The notes under the pieces are model-generated. The model made no database searches and was not told the origin of the DNA. It was given only the letters and a program-made list of their open reading frames with translations. Of a stretch of 64,000 nucleotides of DNA, positions 54,765 to 64,000 are shown piece after piece. Made by a program: the position numbers and the translations under genes. Location: contig OX597825.1 of assembly GCA_951406725.2 (NCBI GenBank), positions 48,546,001 to 48,610,000 of the forward strand, in the 5' to 3' direction. Source of the stretch: Octopus vulgaris. Taxonomy: Eukaryota. The first letter of the stretch is position 1. Each line of letters starts with the position of its first letter.

Positions 54765-55553
54765 TTTTTTTTTCTAGTTTCAGCTCAGAGCTGCGGCCAT
54801 GCTGAGGCACCGCCGTTTTGTGCTACACTGTTATTGTGATGAACCTCGTCTAATATGTGGCACTTGGTGAAGAATGGAGTTTGATACAGCTACTCTCATT
54901 TGCACCGCTTGCCGTGAGGCAGGTTCATCTGAGACTCTTGACAGGAAGATGTCCAGCTTTGATTTAAAAACCGCTACATCTACTTTGTGCAAGTTCCTCA
55001 GACTCTTTGGGAGAATATTAAAAAGCTGTGGGCCCTTGAAACCCAGGCTGTTGCAGAGCTGGGCCTGAAGCACTTGGAAAGAGGTATCATCACTCATGTC
55101 GATACCCAGGTCCCTCACACGTGGACCAGTGTATCCTGTAATTTTCATATTCAGTTTTAGATGCTGGTAGCGCAGGACCTGGAATTTTTCAGTATTAAAC
55201 TGCATATTATTTTCCTCAGCCCATCTGTAGATTGAGACCAACTCCTGCTGCAAGTGTGCAACATCGCTGGGGTTCTGTATTTTCTGCGAGACTTTCGTAT
55301 CGTCTGCATAGCTTGCAAGAGTGGCTATCCGGGCATTTGAGGGCGTATCTGAGAGGGCCACTATAAAAAGCAGTGGTCCCAAGACAGTGCCCTGTGGAAC
55401 ACCGCTCACTGTTTGGGTGTTCATAGAGGTGGCTCCATTAACCACTACTGCCTGACACTTATCTTTCAGGAGGTCCTGTAACCACACTCCAAGTTTTCCA
55501 GCTATGCCGAGGTCACGCAGTTTGTGGCATATCATACCATGATCCACCTTGTC
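54765..55553 (-). mobile_element. CR1-group LINE 3' part with internal deletions
   Basis: [35 protein letters not shown]; tail GGCGGTGCCTCAGCATGGCCGCAGCTC-t-GAGCTG. Confidence 0.9.
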
Positions 55554-55584
<31 letters not shown>

Positions 55585-55703
55585 TATACATATATATATA
55601 TATATATACATATATATACATATATACATATATATATATGTATACCTATACATATATACATATACATATATACATATATACATATATATATATACATATA
55701 TAC

Positions 55704-55772
<69 letters not shown>

Positions 55773-56110
55773 ATTCATAGATAAGGGCAAACGAAGGGAG
55801 GGCTGTTATAAGCTAACCCTGAAATCGGTCCGATATGGTAATAATGGAATTTTTTAGAAATTTCTGATCACCTTTTATCGAGTAGCGTGCGTATTGTGTA
55901 AAAATTATATGGTTAATGGACAATATGTCCAATTTTTCGGCATATTTGGCATTAGAAATTTTTTCGTTTACCGTTATCTATGAATTGTTTATAAATTTAA
56001 CCTTTAAAGGGATTTTTTAATATGTTGGCCATTGATAAAATTTTTTTTCGAAAAAAATTTTTTTCGAAAAAAGTTTTATCCTACATTAGATATGTATATA
56101 TTTATATATA

Positions 56111-56216
<106 letters not shown>

Positions 56217-56237
56217 CATATATATATGCATATATGC

Positions 56238-56422
56238 TCTTTTACTTGTTTCAGTCATTTGACTGCGGCCATGCTGGAGCACCGCCTTTAATCGAGCAAC
56301 TCGACCCCGGGACTTATTCTTTTTGTAAGCCCAGTACTTATTCTATCGGTCTCTTTTGTCGAACCGCTAAGTAACGGGGACATAAACACACCAGCATCGG
56401 TTGTCAAGCAATGCTAGGGGGA

Positions 56423-56488
<66 letters not shown>

Positions 56489-56834
56489 CGACAGGCTTCT
56501 TTCAGTTTCCGTCTACCAAATCCACTCACAAGGAATTGGTCGGCCCGGGGCTATAGCAGAAGACACCTGCCCAAGATGCCACGCAGTGGGACTGAACCCG
56601 GAACCATGTGGTTGGTTAGCAAGCTACTTACCACACAGCCACTCCTGCGCCTATACACATATATATACACATATATATACATATATATATATATATGCAT
56701 ATAAACATATATATATATACACATATATTCATATATATATACATATATACATATATATATACTTATATACATATATATATACATATACAATTATACATAT
56801 ATATATATATATATATATACATATATACATATAT

Positions 56835-56897
<63 letters not shown>

Positions 56898-56940
56898 CAT
56901 ATATACATATATATATATACATATATACATATATATATAC

Positions 56941-56990
<50 letters not shown>

Positions 56991-57571
56991 TTGCTGTGCA
57001 AGATTTTTTATGTGAAGTCGTGGGTTGAAGCAGATATTGTTATATTTCGGAATGGTCATTTTGCCAGTTTAGCCAATAAAAACACACGCACTATATATTT
57101 GGTGTTATTTTGCTTCAGTGTTATTTATTTTTTACATTAATCTTAATCTTATTTCGGCCAGAGTTCTTTCGTCACACTCCTGTGACCGCATCAGTGGTCC
57201 TTTGTTTTCTTCTTTCTTATTTGTGTCTCTCTTTACTAACCGTCAGCCATTTTGTATTTCTATTGTATGTCTTCATTTGCGCATGCTTATATCTCTATGT
57301 GCGTCTATGTTTAGTTAGTACATGTGAGTGGGGGGGATGCCTGTAATATTTGTATCTTCTGTTTATATACTCTTTTACTTCTTTTTACTCTTTCACTTGT
57401 TTCAGTCATTTGACTGCGGCCATGCTGGAGCACCGCCTTTAATCGAGCAACTCGACCCCGGGACTTATTCTTTGTAAGCCCAGTACTTATTCTATCGGTC
57501 TCTTTTGCTGAACCGCTAAGTAACGGGGACATAAACACACCAGCATCGGTTGTCAAGCAATGCTAGGGGGA

Positions 57572-57637
<66 letters not shown>

Positions 57638-57989
57638 CGACAGGCTTCTTTCAGTTTCCGTCTACCAAATCCACTCACAAGGAATTGGTCGGCCCGGGGC
57701 TATAGCAGAAGACACCTGCCCAAGATGCCACGCAGTGGGACTGAACCCGGAACCATGTGGTTGGTTAGCAAGCTACTTACCACACAGCCACTCCTGCGCC
57801 TATACACATATATATACACATATATATACATATATATATATATATGCATATAAACATATATATATATACACATATATTCATATATATATACATATATACA
57901 TATATATATACTTATATACATATATATATACATATACAATTATACATATATATATATATATATATACATATATACATATATATACATAT

Positions 57990-58046
<57 letters not shown>

Positions 58047-58099
58047 CATATATACATATATATATATATACATATATACATATATATATACATATATAT

Positions 58100-58143
<44 letters not shown>

Positions 58144-58729
58144 TTGCTGTGCAAGATTTTTTATGTGAAGTCGTGGGTTGAAGCAGATATTGTTATATTT
58201 CGGAATGGTCATTTTGCCAGTTTAGCCAATAAAAACACACGCACTATATATTTGGTGTTATTTTGCTTCAGTGTTATTTATTTTTTACATTAATCTTAAT
58301 CTTATTTCGGCCAGAGTTCTTTCGTCACACTCCTGTGACCGCATCAGTGGTCCTTTGTTTTCTTCTTTCTTATTTGTGTCTCTCTTTACTAACCGTCAGC
58401 CATTTTGTATTTCTATTGTATGTCTTCATTTGCGCATGCTTATATCTCTATGTGCGTCTATGTTTAGTTAGTACATGTGAGTGGGGGGGGATGCCTGTAA
58501 TATTTGTATCTTCTGTTTATATACTCTTTTACTTCTTTTTACTCTTTCACTTGTTTCAGTCATTTGACTGCGGCCATGCTGGAGCACCGCCTTTAATCGA
58601 GCAACTCGACCCCGGGACTTATTCTTTTGTAAGCCCAGTACTTATTCTATCGGTCTCTTTTGCTGAACCGCTAAGTAACGGGGACATAAACACACCAGCA
58701 TCGGTTGTCAAGCAATGCTAGGGGGACAA

Positions 58730-58778
<49 letters not shown>

Positions 58779-59075
58779 CGACAGGCTTCTTTCAGTTTCC
58801 GCCTACCAAATCCACTCACAACTTACCGGGACTTATTCTTTTATAAGCCCAGTACTTATTCTATCGGTCTCTTTTGCCGAACCGCTAAGTAACGGGGACA
58901 TAAACACACCAGTATCGGTTGTCAAGCGATGTTAGGGGGACAAACACAGACACACAAATACACACACGCACATATATATACATATATACGTCTATCAAAT
59001 CCACTCACAAGGCTTTGGTTTGCCCGAGGCTATAGTAGAAGACACTTGTCCAAGGTGCCACGCAGTGGAACTGAA
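56238..59075. repeat. tandem duplication of about 1.15 kb (SINE, TA-rich tract and about 400 bp of unique sequence): two full units plus a third SINE
   Basis: Identical ORFs at 56411/57560 and 56551/57700; unique block 56991-57390 repeated at 58144-58545. Confidence 0.93.
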
Positions 59076-59079
59076 CGTT

Positions 59080-61336
59080 CGTGTAATTTGTTTTTGTTGT
59101 TGTTGTTTTTGTTTATTCTTATTTTGTTCATGTGTTTACATCCACTTATTATTATCATTACATATGTATGTATAACAACAATACTAGTAATAATAATAAT
59201 AATAAATTTTTAATATCTTTTAAATTAAACAAAAAAACTTATATAATTATTTATTTCTATTTGTTTATTTATATGTGTATTTTATTTATTATGTTTTCGG
59301 TTTTTTTTATATTGTAACCAGTTTATGGTTACAATATGTTGTGGTAGGTGCTAGTGTTCCATTCCAGTTTCCTATTCAGGCTAGGATTATTTTCTATTAT
59401 GTGTGTAGCTTCTGTAATTTGTCTGATTGTTGCATCTGTTCTATGTGTGGACAAGATTTCAACTTCTATGTTGTTGATTGATCTCGCGTGTTCCTGTTCG
59501 GCGTGTTGGTACAGAATCGATGAGCTTTTACCTTCCTTAAGTTCTCTCCAATTGCCATTTATCCGCTCTCCTATGCTTCGAGCCGTTTCCCCTACGTATG
59601 TCGTTGTCTTGTTACTGCATCGTCCCTCTATACATCGTATACTATAGACTACATTTCTGGCTTTACAGTTTTTTTGTGGGCTAAATCTACACACAGTACT
59701 GTACCTATCCGTACAGGGGTTCTACTAAAAGGGTAGGTTCTACCGATTATGGATTTGATAGGTTTGCCTGGCTTTTCAACAACCTTAATCTTTAGCTTAA
59801 GTTTGTCTAGGGTCCTTCTAAAGCGGTACGCCAGTTCACCTCCAGGGTTGGTGTCAACGAACATGACACTCTGGTATTTATGGCTATCATACCAAGAGTT
59901 GGCCTTCCCTATTTTCTTCTTTGTCCTTTCTATAGTGTTCCATGACTTGTTCCTATAGAGTGGGCAAATCCTATTCCTATCATTACATAATATATTATCA
60001 AATTTCTTCATGGCTCCTTTGTATACTCTGATCCTTTCTTTATGGCTGTAACCTGAGAACTGCATGCGGTGAATGAAATGTTGTATGTGCCTCTTTAACT
60101 CTGTAGGTTCGCACATGCGTGACACATTTCTCATTATTCTGACGAGGTCTACCATCAAAATATTGAATTTGGCATTGTCCGCAATGGTTGAGTTCCGGTG
60201 GATCAAGTATTTTGAGGCCATACGTTTGGCATAGTACGAATGAAGGATTTGGGTTTTATTATTCACAGTTTCTAGCCAGAGTTCTGTGTCTAGTACTGGT
60301 AGTCTATGGTTGGGGTGTTTAGTGGGGTAGTCTATTGTGACCTTAATACTATTTGCTGGATGCTCTCCATAGTATTAGTTTCTATTACTATATCAACAGT
60401 ACTCTCTTGTGGGGGTGCCTTTACCACTATGTTGATATCATCAACATAGCGAGAGTACATGTTTACGAGTATGGAGTTCTGTGTTAGGCGTTCTTTAAGC
60501 CTTCTGTCCCACCATACCATGAAAAGGTTGGCCACGTCACCAGCGATACTAACGCCGATGGCTGCCCCCTCGTCCTGGGCATATGCTTTATTGTTAAACT
60601 TAAACGTGTGGCCTTTTAGGGTAACTCTTATACTAGCTCCTAGTGCATGTGCGATCATTTTATTTACCTGATGGATATTTGCGGGGCTCCGTATGGCTCT
60701 GGTCCATCCGCGCCATCTTTCTATATGGGTCTTCCTAGCCATAGAAGTAATTGTGGGTGGTCTACCTCTTAAACATCTACTGGGGCAGAAACTACTAAGA
60801 TTATGTTTATCTAGGTATTCATTGTCACATGTCAGTCTAGGTAGGAGGCCCAGTTCCTCTATGTTGACATTGCGGAACTCTACCTTGCTCTCATTGATCA
60901 TCTCCACCGCAAAATCCACGTCGATCGATGGGTATAGGGATACCACATCCATGCTACCTACTATACATCCTGTCAGGTCACAAGTGTTGTTACAGTCATT
61001 GATCCTGCTGAGGAGATCTTCCGTGCTGTCACAAATATCAGGTGACATCCGGATTATAGGGCGTATGATCATTGAGAGGAAGTAGGACATTCTGTAGTTG
61101 CTAGCGATATTCGCTCCAAAGACTGGTCTTGTTGGTGGTCCTGCTATAGGGTCAGTGGTTACTTTATGGTCCTTGCGAAGTCCATACAGTGCCGGGATAT
61201 CGTTGTTCCAGGCTTGGAAATTGTTTGCTGTGCGCTTCTGGGGTCCCAGAACAACTGTCCACATCATCATGTGGGCCTGTAAATTTGTTACTTTTGTATT
61301 GGCGATATGAGGCTGCATTGCCTGGATGTAGTTCGG

Positions 61337-61386
<50 letters not shown>

Positions 61387-61620
61387 ACATCCTGCCGGAC
61401 TTATCTGTGGGAAGGCATACCACCTCTCTATTCCTCGTGCGCTGAATGAGCTTACGTAGGCCACATGTGGGTTTTATCCCGAGTTGTTGGGCCTCTGTCT
61501 TATTCTGTCTCTGTCTCTTAGTGTATAGTTCTAAACTCTGTCTAAGTTGGGTCCTAGCTATAGTGAACTGTGCGTCCATATGGTCATTAGTATGTCTTAG
61601 GTTGAATCCTGGTTGAATAG
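59080..61620 (-). mobile_element. Penelope-like element (probably Neptune-type): RT, Cys-rich linker and GIY-YIG, with few frameshifts
   Basis: TDKSG, YGLRKDHK..TRPV, GSMDVVSLYPSI, GAAIG, YSRYVDDI and LPVLD motifs; NVVYSIRC..C..YVGETARSIGER. Confidence 0.92.
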
Positions 61621-61894
61621 TATGTCATACACGCATACACATATACATACATACATTATGGCTGCCCCCACGTTATCGAGTATGGCCATTGCACGAAGCT
61701 TAACTGTTACTGGTGCTGTGATCGAATGTGAATTTTTAGCCCAGCTAAAGATCTACAATGTCTTGTACAAAATTGGCAACTAAAACCTTTACATACATAC
61801 ATACATACATACATAGATACATACATATATACATATATACATACATATATACATACATATATATATATGCATATATATACACACATATATACAC

Positions 61895-61953
<59 letters not shown>

Positions 61954-61989
61954 TATATACATACATACATACATATATATATATATATA

Positions 61990-62125
61990 TCCTTGTTCCT
62001 TTCTGTGTTCCTTTCTGTGGAAGAGCGTAGGCTCAAGTCTTTTTCAATTCCCGAGTGTTCTACTATTACATGTGTTTGTTTTCTACACCAACTGTCTTCG
62101 TCTCGTGTTTTTTCGTGAATTCTCT

Positions 62126-62199
<74 letters not shown>

Positions 62200-62378
62200 G
62201 TTTATTATGGTAAGCCACAACACACATTTTTTTCTCTCCTTGTTTTTTTCTGTGTACCTTTCTGTAGAAGAGCGTAGGCTCGAAATATAAGACTGTTACT
62301 ATTCCTGAGCGCTATACTAATACATCTGTTTGTTTTGTACACCACCTGCCTTCGTCTTTTGTTTTTTTTATAAACTTT

Positions 62379-62382
<4 letters not shown>
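61990..62382 (+). mobile_element. two copies of a PLE-like terminal segment with minimal hammerhead-like variants (62011-62040, 62258-62292)
   Basis: CTTT-CTGTRGA-A-GAGC-gtag-GCTC-GAAA; the core deviates from CUGANGA. Confidence 0.45.
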
Positions 62383-62415
<33 letters not shown>

Positions 62416-62419
<4 letters not shown>

Positions 62420-62485
62420 GGTGCCCCAGCATGGCCACAGCTCGTGGGCTGAAACTAGAATCAATCAATCAATCAATCAATCAAT
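62416..62485 (+). mobile_element. isolated CR1 3' tail with (ATCA)n
   Basis: GGCGGTGCCCCAGCATGGCCACAGCTC-gt-GGGCTGAAAC. Confidence 0.7.
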
Positions 62486-62605
62486 CATATATATATATAT
62501 ATATGTTTATTATGGTAGTTTTGACTTTAAGAGTCACTCTTAGCATGAGGAATTTATGTATAGTAATGCCCTTATTATTTACATACATATACATACATAC
62601 ATACA

Positions 62606-62697
<92 letters not shown>

Positions 62698-63059
62698 CAT
62701 ACATACTAATATTTCTAATTTCTTTACTTCCCTCAAGGGGCCGCACACGAGGAGCTGCACATGCGCTGTACATTTTGAAAAATTAGAATGTATAATTTCG
62801 GGGCATATACTGGATTGCCTCGTGTATATATGTTTAATCTAAGCTGAAGAAGTCTTCGCCTTGCAAATTATTTTATTTGCGAAAAAAAGGCGATTAAATA
62901 AGTACCAGTTACGCACTGGGGTTGATATAATCGACTTAATCCGTTTGTCTCTCCTTGTTTGTCCTCTCTGTGTTTGGCCCCTTGTGGGTAGTAAAGAAAT
63001 AGGTATTTCGTCTGCCGCTACGTACTGCGTTCAAATTCCACAAGTTTCTAGTAATTTTC

Positions 63060-64000
63060 CCTTGATGCTAAATGGCCTATGATACGTATGCTGCGAATGT
63101 CGTGTTGCCTCTCCCCGGGACCCGGAAAGAAGATCTGTGGTTGTTCAGGCTAATTTTAAATTTGGATTCACAAGATCCGACGTAAATTTTAGTGTGTGTC
63201 CCTGTGTTGGCATTGATGTTACTCATATTTGTGCTGCTCCTGTTTGAGGCTACCTTTGCATGGTACACAGTAGCCTCGGTGTTACATCGGCCATCCACTG
63301 GGCATTCATTTTTAATCCTGCATGAACAACCGGCCTCTGTCGTATTTTAGGAGTGCTAAGTAATTTTTCTTAACAATGAGTGCACAACTGAAAGAGCCTT
63401 AAATCATGTCTGTCAAAGATATTTATATATTTGTGTGATCACGGGAAATGCTTATCAACCAACCTCAGAAAAATCTTACCTACGCATGTTTGGACGTTTA
63501 GGGAGAAGCGGTGAGCGAACCATAAGGTCTTGCGGTGGCGTTTCCTTTTATGGTTGCTCGATCCTGGTGTATATATTATATTGTCCTTGATCCTACTGGC
63601 CACTAGCGCTTCATTGCAAGTGGGAGCCGCTGCGTCGAAGATATCATTATTTGAAGATAAGATCGAAATCCATTTACTGATACCTTTTATTAGGTCTTTG
63701 AACACTATGGGTGGGTGGCAGGAGGATGCATTAATGCATGATAGCCTATCATTCGGTTTGCGGTATGGTCTGTAGGTGCAAGTGTCTAAATCAAGTGTGA
63801 CATCCAAGAAGTTCACTACAGTGAGGTTAGTCTGTATGTTGATTTTAAGGCCAAGGTTGTTGAGGGTGTGTATGATGTCTTTTCTAAGCCTATCTAATGT
63901 GTGGCCGTTAGCACCTTTGGAGATGGTTAAGGCATCATCTCACAATAAGCCAAAGTGGCTACTATAGAGATGATGCCCCCATCACGACGTTGAAGGAGCA
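63060..64000 (-). mobile_element. Penelope-like element fragment (RT C-terminus plus GIY-YIG), running off the right edge
   Basis: VNFLDVTLDLDT..YRPYRKPND..INASSCHPP and CPVDGRC..VYHAKV..IYVGSCESKFK...NHRSSFR motifs. Confidence 0.88.

Noticed and set aside
54831-55790. 319-aa ORF as a functional RT gene
   Set aside because: The N-terminus is a (TA)n translation, and the CR1 part is truncated with internal deletions.

Overview
AT-rich, microsatellite-saturated eukaryotic DNA. The SINE, LINE and (TA)n/(AAT)n repertoire suggests an octopus (coleoid cephalopod) genome; this is recognition of repeat families, not a database result. The only supportable host gene is the 5' part of a minus-strand WD40-repeat gene: four phase-consistent coding exons at 13394-13269, 8272-7899, 1720-1677 and 676-547, continuing beyond the left edge. 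Nearly everything else is transposon debris: two tRNA-derived SINE families, CR1, RTE, R4/Dong-type, Tx1/L1 and Penelope-like (PLE) retroelements, mariner/maT DNA transposons, MITEs and Helitron-like ends. Most ORFs in the track are microsatellite artefacts. The most notable signal is a set of type I hammerhead ribozyme motifs (3997-4086, 4196-4285, 6443-6525, 30739-30864, plus degenerate or minimal ones) whose stem III is a different 8-bp palindrome in each family. They sit in small, mostly non-coding, (TA)n-embedded elements, several with fold-back inverted ends, consistent with a non-autonomous PLE-derived or retrozyme-like system. Also notable: a Tx1 element inserted with a 9-bp target-site duplication (TSD) into a SINE tRNA head, a covarying 3' stem-loop shared by the SINE and CR1 LINEs, and a structured 61-bp dimeric array in an RTE 3' UTR.
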